Virus record (IMG/VR): IMGVR_UViG_2698536397_000007
Span: 1-9,116 of that record
DNA length: 9,116 nucleotides
Source of the DNA: a virus
Lineage: Duplodnaviria; Heunggongvirae; Uroviricota; Caudoviricetes
Direction: 5' to 3' (one strand)
Below, one piece after another: positions 1 through 6,924 of this stretch. Position 1 is the stretch's first letter, and the number at the start of each line of letters is the position of its first letter. The notes beneath the pieces were generated by a model. It did no database searches and was not told the origin of the DNA. It was given only the letters and a program-made list of their open reading frames with translations. The position numbers were made by a program, and so were the translations under genes.

Positions 1-75
1 CACCCGCAAGGGCCAACGCCAATTGAATGGCTGAAACAGGAATACGAACGCCGGAAGGCAGCTGGTTTTATTTGA
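1..75 (+). CDS. 3' end of an upstream gene (partial; product unknown, possibly the last gene of the replication module)
   Basis: Frame open from the window edge to TGA 73-75 (…HPQGPTPIEWLKQEYERRKAAGFI*); no start codon inside the window. Product is a guess from position only. Confidence 0.35.
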   Translation, partial: HPQGPTPIEWLKQEYERRKAAGFI

Positions 76-108
76 ATCTGAGAAGCGATTTTGTAGGAGG
101 AAATTTTA

Positions 109-870
109 ATGGAAACCGTTTTTGACGCACTGAAAGCAATGGGAAAAGCCAGCTCTGTTGGACTGGCTGAGCGGCTTGATATCAGTCGTGAAGAGGTTCT
201 CAACGAACTGTGGGAACTCAAAAGAAATGGCGTTGTTGATAAAGCGGGTCACATCTGGTTTCTGGCTGGCGAAGGTGAATCCGGGGTAACCGAAGAGCAG
301 CCAGAACAGTCTGAAGTACCGGATGTGCTGACCGGGGAGGTCGAACAAAAAGTTACCGCAGACATGATGATTGAGTTTATCGGTCAGGAGGGGGCTAAAA
401 CGTGTGAGGAACTGGCGGATAAGTTCGGTGTTAGCATTCGCAAGGTTGCTTCCACGTTGGCGGTGGTAACCGCAACGGGACGCCTGGCACGCGTAAATCA
501 GAACGGTAAATTTCGTTACTGCATGCCGGGCGATAATTTACCAGCAGAGCCGAAAGCCGTGCCGGTAACGGAAAATGATGGTAAGGCCTTTCCTCAGCCA
601 GCAGGTGTTGCGTTACCAGTACAGGAATCTGCAACACAGGAAGATATTAAAACAGAAACAGTGGCGGACATTGTGCAGTCGTTGCCATCGTTTACCGAAA
701 CGCAAGCAGATGAGCTGATTTTTCTGTCCCTGTGCAGGGCAAACCTGGCGCTGCGCAGGGCGAAAAGTGATGTTCAGAAGTGGGAGCGAGTCTGTGCCGC
801 GCTGCGGGAACTGAACAAACACAGGGATATTCTCCGGGATATTACCGCCACCAGAGAGCTGCTGCGGTGA
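109..870 (+). CDS. Conserved lambdoid-prophage hypothetical protein with N-terminal winged-helix-like domain (DUF1627-like, family name from memory)
   Basis: ATG 109 preceded by AGGAGG at 95-100 (8-nt spacer); 253 aa; N-terminal segment [26 protein letters not shown] resembles a winged-helix fold, followed by an acidic linker; stop TGA 868-870 overlaps the next candidate start. Confidence 0.75.
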   Translation: METVFDALKAMGKASSVGLAERLDISREEVLNELWELKRNGVVDKAGHIWFLAGEGESGVTEEQPEQSEVPDVLTGEVEQKVTADMMIEFIGQEGAKTCEELADKFGVSIRKVASTLAVVTATGRLARVNQNGKFRYCMPGDNLPAEPKAVPVTENDGKAFPQPAGVALPVQESATQEDIKTETVADIVQSLPSFTETQADELIFLSLCRANLALRRAKSDVQKWERVCAALRELNKHRDILRDITATRELLR

Positions 871-1184
871 GTGGCTGGAAGAAGTGGCGCTGGGCGGAAA
901 TTATGATACTCCGGCAGTGTGCGGGAACGATGACAGTCGAAAGCATCGGCAGTCTGATTGGCCGTAGTGGGGCTGCCGTCAGGACGAAAGCGCGGGAACT
1001 GGGTATCTGCATGATGTTACGGGGTGATTATCACCAGTCAGCCAAATGTTCACAGCGTGATATTGAGCTGGCGCGGCAACTGCATCAGCGTGGCGTACCC
1101 CGACGGGAAATTGCCGAAAAGTTTGGGATGAAGTTGGGCGCAGTGAATAACTACGTTTATTTCGACAGGAGGGTTCAGGCGTGA
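867..1184 (+). CDS. Hypothetical small protein with two helix-turn-helix-like segments
   Basis: GTG 867 overlaps the upstream stop (GTGA); alternative in-frame ATG at 903. Segments [22 protein letters not shown] and [19 protein letters not shown] look HTH-like. Stop TGA 1182-1184 overlaps the next start. Start codon and function are uncertain. Confidence 0.5.
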   Translation: MSGWKKWRWAEIMILRQCAGTMTVESIGSLIGRSGAAVRTKARELGICMMLRGDYHQSAKCSQRDIELARQLHQRGVPRREIAEKFGMKLGAVNNYVYFDRRVQA

Positions 1185-1486
1185 GGGTGAGAATTTATAT
1201 CGCCGGTCCGATGACGGGATATGAAAATTTCAACCGTGAGGCGTTTCACAGGGCGGAAGAAGCACTGAAACGGGAAGGGCATACCGTTTTAAACCCGGCA
1301 GTACTTCCGGACGGACTGACACAGCCACACTACATGGATATTTGCATGGCGATGATACGCTGCGTGGATGCGATTTACATGCTGAAAGGCTGGCAGCGGT
1401 CGGCAGGCGCTAAGGCAGAACTGGCACTGGCGGAGAAACTGGGACATGCGGTTATTTTCCAGGAGGCAACCAGTGAGAAAAATTAA
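1181..1486 (+). CDS. DUF4406-like protein (nucleoside 2-deoxyribosyltransferase-like fold)
   Basis: GTG 1181 with AGGAGG at 1167-1172 (8-nt spacer); 101 aa; N-terminal IYIAGPMTG…NF…F…G…V.NP pattern typical of DUF4406/NDT-like proteins (recalled, not searched). Confidence 0.7.
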   Translation: MRVRIYIAGPMTGYENFNREAFHRAEEALKREGHTVLNPAVLPDGLTQPHYMDICMAMIRCVDAIYMLKGWQRSAGAKAELALAEKLGHAVIFQEATSEKN

Positions 1487-2036
1487 TTATCAGACGCTAC
1501 GTGAGATAGCAAAACTGGCAACCCAGGGCGAATGGGTCGCATTCATTTCGCCGGGCACTGATACATATGCGGTGCATACGCCGGGGGATGAACGTTGCGG
1601 AGACATTATCAAATGGCCTGGCTTTGATGACCAGAAAAATGCAGAGAACAACGCAGAATTTATTGCAGCTTTCAACCCTGAAGTAGTACAGGCACTGCTG
1701 GATGAACGGGAAGCCCAAAGCAAACGTATTGCAGAGCTGGAAGCTAATCTTGTGGCGCTGGCGGCGGAGAATGCACTTGCTCGTAAAGCAGTTCAGGCAT
1801 TCTGCGATGTTGTTGGCGACAACACCGAGGTTATCGCTGAGGAGGTTGGGCGAGATGGCGTTCTGGTTATCTTGGAGGCCATGAAAGCAACAGGAAATAT
1901 GCCTGCCACCGATGCTTTCCTGGCTGAAGTACGAGCGCAGGGCGTGGAGATGTTTGCGGAGTGTGCATACACACTTGAACATCATGATCACGCAGTAGCC
2001 TTCGCCGCTGAGCTTCGCAAAGGAGGCAACCAGTGA
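1473..2036 (+). CDS. Ead/Ea22-like prophage protein (paralog 1)
   Basis: GTG 1473 with AGGAGG at 1461-1466; the 17-nt start context aggaggcaaccagtgag is identical to that of the next gene (2021-2037). Conserved N-terminal Y-Q-LR…A-GEW and NAEFIAA-NP…LLDERE blocks are shared with the downstream paralog. The six-frame ATG at 1446 is a less likely start (no SD, 40-nt overlap). Confidence 0.7.
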   Translation: MRKINYQTLREIAKLATQGEWVAFISPGTDTYAVHTPGDERCGDIIKWPGFDDQKNAENNAEFIAAFNPEVVQALLDEREAQSKRIAELEANLVALAAENALARKAVQAFCDVVGDNTEVIAEEVGRDGVLVILEAMKATGNMPATDAFLAEVRAQGVEMFAECAYTLEHHDHAVAFAAELRKGGNQ

Positions 2037-2710
2037 GCAAGATTGACTATCAGGCATTGCGTGCTAAGGCAGAAAAAGCAACGTGTGGCGAGTGGTCGCT
2101 CGAATATGGAGAGGGACGATTTGATGGTGATGATGCGCTAATTCATCGTGAAGTTGCTGGATATATTCCCATTTGCAGAATTGAAGGAGCGCATCCTGAA
2201 AGCGGTTTCGATGAAGATTTCCAAATGGAACAGCAGGCCAATGCTGAATTCATCGCCGCAGCCAATCCAGCTACCGTGCTGGCGCTGCTGGATGAACGGG
2301 AAAGAAACCAGCAATACATCAAACGCCGCGACTAGGAGAACGAGGATATTGCGCTAACGGTAGGGAAGCTGCGTGTTGAGCTGGAAGCAGCAGAGAAGCG
2401 GATTGCTGAGCTGCAGGCGCGGGACGTTAAGCCAGTTGCATGGATGAGGAATGCTAACGTCACATCATTCATGTTGAGGTTCACAACCGATGAGAAATAT
2501 GCAGTTGAGCAATGGGGTGATGATGCAGTTGCCCTCTATCCACTCCCTGTAGCTTTCATCCCTGCATGCTTTACAGACGAAAGAAATCTCATGCATATCA
2601 ACGAGCGCGGGCGAGAAACGTCACTTATCTGGAGTAAGCAGAACTCAGACAGCGGCGACATTAAACTTTTTCGTATCGCCGCCGCAGCCGGTAAAGGAGA
2701 GGAATCATGA
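2033..2710 (+). pseudogene. Ead/Ea22-like paralog 2 interrupted by an in-frame TAG at 2333-2335
   Basis: GTG 2033 with the same SD as paralog 1. The frame runs 2033-2332, hits TAG at 2333-2335, then continues in the same frame with no further stop to TGA 2708-2710 (…YIKRRD*ENEDIALTVGKLRVELEAAEKRIAELQARDVKPVAW…). The downstream part has no SD of its own (first ATG at 2444). Confidence 0.55.
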
Positions 2711-3237
2711 GCACTATCACAAGAGAATGGCTGCAGCAGGCTATCAACGATTATGAAAGCGTTCGTGATGAGCTTCCTTTCGGGCTTGATGATTACCAGG
2801 GGAATATCCTGGCTTCCCTGCGTATCGCACTGGCATCTCTGGAAGCAGAGCCGGTGGCGTGGAAGGTAACATTCACGCAAATTGACCGTGAATATAACAC
2901 GTTCACTGGTATGTATTCTGACAAAGCAGAAGTCGAACGGTGGGTGCGGCTGCATAAAGCATGTAATTTTCGGGCAGATATAACACCGCTTTATACCGCC
3001 AAGCCAGTGCCGGTAACTCCGGATGGTTGGATAAGCTGTAGTGAGCGAATGCCGGATACCAAAACAGCCGTTCTTGTTGCCAGGGAGTTTGACAGGAAAG
3101 GTGACTGGCGAATGAAATGGGCGACTTACATCCCGGGGCATCCTGACGCTAATGATGGGTGGGTAGTACCTGGTGCGTCGTGGATACCATCACACTGGAT
3201 GCCGCTACCAGAACCGCCGAAGGAGGTGCGCCAATGA
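2707..3237 (+). CDS. DUF551-domain prophage protein
   Basis: ATG 2707 overlaps the upstream stop (ATGA), SD-like AGGAGA at 2695-2700; 176 aa; C-terminal WISCSERMPD…SHWMPLPEPPK matches the DUF551 signature as recalled. Confidence 0.75.
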   Translation: MSTITREWLQQAINDYESVRDELPFGLDDYQGNILASLRIALASLEAEPVAWKVTFTQIDREYNTFTGMYSDKAEVERWVRLHKACNFRADITPLYTAKPVPVTPDGWISCSERMPDTKTAVLVAREFDRKGDWRMKWATYIPGHPDANDGWVVPGASWIPSHWMPLPEPPKEVRQ

Positions 3238-3317
3238 GCTGGCCTGAGGCCTTCTCAAATGTTGGTATTGCAATGGCGGTGGCGCTGGTGGTGTATTCGA
3301 TTTGCCGCTGGGGATAA
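3234..3317 (+). CDS. Small hydrophobic peptide (27 aa, probable single transmembrane helix)
   Basis: ATG 3234 overlaps the DUF551 stop (ATGA) and has a perfect AGGAGG at 3221-3226 with a 7-nt spacer; encodes MSWPEAFSNVGIAMAVALVVYSICRWG, stop TAA 3315-3317. Too short for the supplied ORF track. Confidence 0.45.
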   Translation: MSWPEAFSNVGIAMAVALVVYSICRWG

Positions 3318-3327
3318 ATCGCCGAAA

Positions 3328-3361
3328 AAAGATCCCGCCACAAACATGAGCCGGGATCTTT
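3328..3361. terminator. Bidirectional intrinsic terminator between convergent transcription units
   Basis: 10-bp stem AAAGATCCCG (3328-3337) / CGGGATCTTT (3352-3361) with a 14-nt loop; A-run 3325-3330 upstream (a T-run on the minus strand) and T-rich sequence downstream. Lies between the plus-strand operon end (3317) and the minus-strand toxin gene end (3440). Confidence 0.5.
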
Positions 3362-3439
3362 GATTTATATAGCCTACGAATCCGCAGTAAGAGAGGGGCA
3401 GACGGTTTATTCTAACACCGGAATGATGTGGGTAAAAGT

Positions 3440-3739
3440 TTATAAGAAATCGGTTTCATAACTTTGCCCACCATGATAGATACCGACAATAAAGACTTTT
3501 CTGCCATCAACGGCAAAAGCAATAATCGTTCTGTGGCGGAAATGAGTTACCCGCATCCCCTGGCGAATATCATCGCGTTTATTGCCCCGATGCGGGAATG
3601 TAGAAAACCCATCAAGATAATCAAGAAGCGCATTGGCATAATTGTCAGCAATGACGTTCCCTGCTTTCTCCGTTATATATCTGTGCAGGTTGATTATTTG
3701 TTGTTCGGCCTCAGGAGTAATGATGACTTCATATGTCAT
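3440..3739 (-). CDS. ParE/RelE-superfamily type II toxin
   Basis: 99 aa (MTYEVIITPEAEQQI…RVTHFRHRTIIAFAVDGRKVFIVGIYHGGQSYETDFL), a size and pattern typical of ParE-like toxins; start 5 nt after the stop of the upstream RHH antitoxin gene on the same strand. Confidence 0.8.
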   Translation of the reverse strand: MTYEVIITPEAEQQIINLHRYITEKAGNVIADNYANALLDYLDGFSTFPHRGNKRDDIRQGMRVTHFRHRTIIAFAVDGRKVFIVGIYHGGQSYETDFL

Positions 3740-3744
3740 GCAGA

Positions 3745-4002
3745 TTACTTCCCGGATCGAATCGCGGCGCGAACCTGTGAAATGGAGCGTCCGTTGTTTG
3801 GGTTTTCGCGGATAGAATCAAGAGAGGGGGCGGCTGAATGCGTTAACCACGCTTCGATTGCTTTATCGCGCTCATTCAGTGCGCGAAGCCCTTCACGAAT
3901 GACCTCGCTTTCTGAAGCATAGGCACCGGAAGCCACACGGGCGCGCACCATGTCAGCCATCTCGTTAGTTAATGTAATGCTGAATTGTTGGGTTGTACGC
4001 AT
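3745..4002 (-). CDS. ParD-like ribbon-helix-helix antitoxin
   Basis: Start taken at ATG 4002-4000 (MRTTQQFSITLTNEMADMVRARVASG…) because GTGAGG lies 6 nt upstream on the minus strand; 85 aa. The longer six-frame ORF starting at 4065 has no SD. Antitoxin-then-toxin order is canonical. Confidence 0.75.
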   Translation of the reverse strand: MRTTQQFSITLTNEMADMVRARVASGAYASESEVIREGLRALNERDKAIEAWLTHSAAPSLDSIRENPNNGRSISQVRAAIRSGK

Positions 4003-4021
4003 GGTAAACCTCACGGAGTAG

Positions 4022-4065
4022 GATAGAACACTATTCGATGATAGCACGCTGCCTGTTGACGACAA
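4022..4065 (-). promoter_or_regulatory. Putative toxin-antitoxin promoter and operator
   Basis: On the minus strand: -35-like TTGTCG (plus 4060-4065), 16-bp spacer, -10 TATCAT (plus 4038-4043). Near the predicted transcription start are two GATAG direct repeats (4022-4026, 4039-4043) and an ATAG-n4-CTAT inverted repeat (4024-4035). A plus-strand TTGACG (4054-4059) suggests a divergent promoter. Hexamer matching by eye only. Confidence 0.3.
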
Positions 4066-4137
4066 CAGAAATCAGAGACAATATTGCCGCACGCCAGCCT
4101 GAACAACTGGCACCTGCTGCGCCAGCAGAGACAACCG

Positions 4138-4416
4138 ATGGCGCAAGATACCAAATTACACAATTCGGATAACTCCACCGCCCCTGCCAGCAGGCACGGG
4201 CGGCGTTCTCATGCATTCAAATCTGACTGGTTCCAGCATGACCCATGCACTGAAGAACAGGCCGAATGGCTGATCCAGTGCTACCGCAGACGTGGTTACG
4301 AGTTTCAGAAAGATCTCAGCTTCGATCGTCGTCACTGGATAATCTCCGTCAGGCTCCCTTATTCCGAACGCCCACCGCGTCCGTCCCGCACATTCCAGCA
4401 GCGCATCTGGAGGTAA
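4138..4416 (+). CDS. Hypothetical protein, translationally coupled to the DUF968 gene
   Basis: Open frame ending at TAA 4414-4416, 1 nt before the DUF968 GTG start, and containing that gene's GGAGG. Start uncertain: ATG 4138 or the six-frame TTG at 4084, neither with a strong SD. Confidence 0.45.
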   Translation: MAQDTKLHNSDNSTAPASRHGRRSHAFKSDWFQHDPCTEEQAEWLIQCYRRRGYEFQKDLSFDRRHWIISVRLPYSERPPRPSRTFQQRIWR

Positions 4417-4417
4417 C

Positions 4418-5476
4418 GTGCGGGTATTACTTCGACCTGTTCTGGTACCGGAACTCGGGATGGTGCTCCTTAAGCCGGGCCGTGAATCAATGTCAGCATT
4501 CCATAACGGCAGAATATTGGTGGAACCGGAACCGAAAAACATGCGCGGTCTGCCGTCCGGAGTCGTTCCTGCCGTTCGCCAGCCGCTGGCAGAGGATAAA
4601 ACATTACTGCCATTTTTCAGCGATGAGCGGGTTATTCGTGCAGCAGGTGGTGCAGGTGCACTGTCTGACTGGTTATTACGTCACGTGAAATCCTGCCAGT
4701 GGCCACACGGTGATTATCATCACAGCGAAACCGTCATTCACCGTTACGGTACCGGCGCGATGGTGTTGTGCTGGCACTGTGACAACCAGCTGCGCGACCA
4801 GACATCAGAATCACTCGATCAACTTGCTCAGCAGAATCTGGTTGCCTGGATGATTGACGTCATCCGTCACGCAATAAGCAGTACGCAGGAGAGGGAGTTA
4901 TCGCTGGCCGAATTATCCTGGTGGGCGGTCTGCAATCAGGTGGTGGATGCACTACCTGAGGCAGTAGTGCGTCGTTCGCTGGGATTACCAGCGGAAAAAA
5001 TCCGCTCCGTATACCGTGAGAGCGACATCGTACCGGGAGAGCAGGCCGCCACCAGCATACTGAAGCAGCGCACAAAAAATATTGCGCTGCCACTTCACGT
5101 CCACCAGCAACAAAATCCCCCCCAGGAAAAGACGTTAGTAAGCATCGCCGTTGATCCGGAGTCTCCGGCTCAGTACCTCCAGCGCCAGAAACCACAACGG
5201 GAAGAGATGCCTGTATACACGCGCTGGGTAAAAACGCAGAAATGCATGACGTGTGGCAATCAGGCAGATGATCCGCATCACATCATTGGTCATGGACTGG
5301 GAGGTATGGGAACAAAGGCTGACGATTTGTTTGTTATTCCGTTATGCCGTAAATGCCATAACGAACTACACGCCGGGGTAAAAGATTTTGAAGAGAAACA
5401 CGGCAGTCAGCTGTTGTTGCTGATTCGTTTTTTAATGCACGCGAGAAATTCGGGTGTTCTGAAGTGGAAAGCATAA
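4418..5476 (+). CDS. DUF968 (YdfU-like) protein with C-terminal HNH-type nuclease motif
   Basis: GTG 4418 with GGAGG at 4409-4413; 352 aa; C-terminus CMTCGNQADDPHHIIGHGLGG…DDLFVIPLCRKCHNELH is a CxxC…HH…CxxCH…H HNH/zinc-finger signature; stop TAA 5474-5476 abuts the rusA start. Same placement next to Q as ydfU in the E. coli K-12 Qin prophage (recalled). Confidence 0.85.
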   Translation: MRVLLRPVLVPELGMVLLKPGRESMSAFHNGRILVEPEPKNMRGLPSGVVPAVRQPLAEDKTLLPFFSDERVIRAAGGAGALSDWLLRHVKSCQWPHGDYHHSETVIHRYGTGAMVLCWHCDNQLRDQTSESLDQLAQQNLVAWMIDVIRHAISSTQERELSLAELSWWAVCNQVVDALPEAVVRRSLGLPAEKIRSVYRESDIVPGEQAATSILKQRTKNIALPLHVHQQQNPPQEKTLVSIAVDPESPAQYLQRQKPQREEMPVYTRWVKTQKCMTCGNQADDPHHIIGHGLGGMGTKADDLFVIPLCRKCHNELHAGVKDFEEKHGSQLLLLIRFLMHARNSGVLKWKA

Positions 5477-5842
5477 ATGACCGAGCGCATAGAATTTGTT
5501 TTGCCTTACCCGCCGACGGTGAACACTTACTGGCGACGCCGTGGCAGCACATATTTTATATCGGAGGAGGGAAAGCGCTATCGCCGGGCAGTGGCGCTTA
5601 TTGTTCGCCAGCAGCGGCTGAAATTAAGCCTGTCCGGACGGCTGGCAATAAAAATTATTGCAGAGCCACCGGATAAGCGTCGTCGTGACCTGGACAACAT
5701 TCTGAAAGCACCGCTGGATGCGCTGACGCATGCGGGAGTGCTCATTGATGACGAGCAGTTTGATGAAATCAATATTGTACGTGGTCAGCTTGTTCTTGGT
5801 GGTCGGCTGGGTGTGAAGATTTACAAAATTGAGAGTGAGTGA
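5477..5842 (+). CDS. rusA: RusA-family Holliday junction resolvase
   Basis: ATG 5477 immediately after the upstream TAA; 121 aa; LPYPPTVNTYW…DKRRRDLDNILKAPLDALTHAGVLIDDEQ matches the RusA signature with its conserved acidic residues. Confidence 0.9.
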   Translation: MTERIEFVLPYPPTVNTYWRRRGSTYFISEEGKRYRRAVALIVRQQRLKLSLSGRLAIKIIAEPPDKRRRDLDNILKAPLDALTHAGVLIDDEQFDEINIVRGQLVLGGRLGVKIYKIESE

Positions 5843-6411
5843 GCGTAAATATGATATATCCGGAAATTACAGGCAAAAGCGGCGAACATTTACGCCTGAA
5901 CACGCTGGAAGCAGTCTGGATCCAGGGGAAATTACGGATGTGGGGGCGGTGGTCGTATATCGGTGGGGGTAAATCCGGAAATATGTTTAACCGGTTACTG
6001 GTTTCGAAAAAGCTGACGAAAACAGCAGTTAATGAAGTTTTACGCAGAATGAAGAAATCTGGGCTGGATAAACCGGAACTTGAGGCATTTTTTCGGGATA
6101 TGACCAGAGGGAAGCAGAAGAGCTGGTTGTCACATTGTACAGACACAGAGGCGTTGATTATTGATCGCGTTATCAGTGAGGTGCTTGGGGAATATCCCGG
6201 GCTAATCAATATTCTCCGGCAAAGGTACGAAGGACGAGGAATGAGCAAACTGAAAATGGCCGAAAGGTTAAATGCAGATCATCCTGAGTGGACGTTGGTT
6301 ACGTGCAGACGCCGAATTGATCAGTGGTTGGGGATATCTGAATTTATGTTACATGCCCCCATGCGTATGGCTTTTGTTACAGAGAAAAAAATGTTGCAAA
6401 CTGATCAATAA
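5839..6411 (+). CDS. Putative late-gene antiterminator Q (phage 21/82 type, PF06530-like as recalled)
   Basis: GTG 5839 overlaps the rusA stop (GTGA); alternative ATG at 5851. 190 aa with an LE-VW…WGRW…G block reminiscent of Q21-type antiterminators. Position directly after DUF968/rusA and before a promoter-terminator unit fits Q. Identification is by synteny and weak motif recall. Confidence 0.55.
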   Translation: MSVNMIYPEITGKSGEHLRLNTLEAVWIQGKLRMWGRWSYIGGGKSGNMFNRLLVSKKLTKTAVNEVLRRMKKSGLDKPELEAFFRDMTRGKQKSWLSHCTDTEALIIDRVISEVLGEYPGLINILRQRYEGRGMSKLKMAERLNADHPEWTLVTCRRRIDQWLGISEFMLHAPMRMAFVTEKKMLQTDQ

Positions 6412-6422
6412 ACTGCTTCAAT
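6394..6422 (+). promoter_or_regulatory. Candidate late promoter (PR'-like)
   Basis: TTGCAA (6394-6399), 17-bp spacer, TTCAAT (6417-6422), straddling the Q stop codon. Followed by CGCAAG(G) direct repeats at 6435-6441, 6459-6464 and 6471-6479, and a terminator about 75 nt downstream. Weak hexamers. Confidence 0.25.
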
Positions 6423-6482
6423 CCGTATAAGCTTCGCAAGGCTGTATCGCGAGGCGAAACGCAAGTTTTTTCGCACAAGGAA

Positions 6483-6504
6483 GCCACCGGAAGGTGGTTT
6501 TTTT
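6483..6504 (+). terminator. Intrinsic terminator (tR'-like) downstream of Q
   Basis: Stem CCACC (6484-6488) / GGTGG (6493-6497), loop GGAA, followed by seven T (6498-6504). Confidence 0.5.
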
Positions 6505-6627
6505 GTGTCCGTAATATACAGCAGCGCAATAAATTCGCTGGTGGTTATTAATACCGTTCTTTCAGCTTGCTGGCTTTTTCGACAAGAGTTATTGGTGTGT
6601 CACGTTAACCGGAAAAGGGGAAAAGAC

Positions 6628-6825
6628 ATGCTGAAACAGCAGGATATGACAGAAACCGCCAGGGCAGTGTTTAATGAATTAAGCGTCACCGAACCGGCGA
6701 CAGTCGGGGAGATTGCGCAGAATACTTACCTTTCACGCGAACGCTGTCAGTTAATACTGACCCAGCTTGTTATGGCGGGTCTGGCAGACTATCAGTTCGG
6801 TTGTTACAGACGCCTTCAGTCCTGA
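6628..6825 (+). CDS. Small hypothetical protein (65 aa), possible winged-helix/HTH DNA-binding protein
   Basis: ATG 6628 with AAGGGG at 6615-6620 (7-nt spacer); MLKQQDMTETARAVFNELSVTEPATVGEIAQNTYLSRERCQLILTQLVMAGL…; stop TGA 6823-6825 lies inside a terminator stem. The six-frame GTG start at 6505 sits in the upstream terminator T-tract and was not used. Confidence 0.55.
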   Translation: MLKQQDMTETARAVFNELSVTEPATVGEIAQNTYLSRERCQLILTQLVMAGLADYQFGCYRRLQS

Positions 6826-6838
6826 AGGCTTTTTTATT
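6812..6838 (+). terminator. Intrinsic terminator
   Basis: Perfect 8-bp stem GCCTTCAG (6812-6819) / CTGAAGGC (6822-6829), 2-nt loop, followed by TTTTTTATTT. Confidence 0.6.
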
Positions 6839-6924
6839 TGTGGTAAATGGGCGGCTGGTGGGTGTTAGGGGCACTCACCAGCCATCTGCTCATGCGTCCG
6901 GATCACAAGCAAACCTCAGGCCCA

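Noticed and set aside
106-348. 80-aa minus-strand ORF
   Set aside because: Fully antisense to the well-supported plus-strand gene at 109-870; no SD; shadow ORF.
1497-2057. 186-aa minus-strand ORF and 77-aa minus-strand ORF (1490-1723)
   Set aside because: Antisense to the Ead/Ea22-like paralog, which has a perfect SD and paralog support; Cys/Phe-rich low-complexity translation typical of shadow frames.
2536-3141. 201-aa minus-strand ORF
   Set aside because: Antisense to the DUF551 gene, whose conserved C-terminal signature is on the plus strand.
3464-3922. 152-aa plus-strand ORF
   Set aside because: Antisense to the ParE/ParD pair, which shows a canonical toxin-antitoxin organisation on the minus strand.
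4156-4688. Overlapping ORFs 4156-4542 (minus) and 4266-4688 (plus, off-frame)
   Set aside because: Overlap the DUF968 gene and its coupled upstream ORF; no independent start signals.
4860-5195. 111-aa minus-strand ORF
   Set aside because: Antisense to the DUF968 gene; no SD.
5769-6248. 159-aa minus-strand ORF
   Set aside because: Antisense to the putative Q gene, which is coupled to rusA on the plus strand.
6505-6627. Long N-terminal extension of the small ORF from GTG 6505
   Set aside because: GTG 6505 sits in the T-tract of the upstream terminator with no SD; the internal ATG 6628 has a strong SD.
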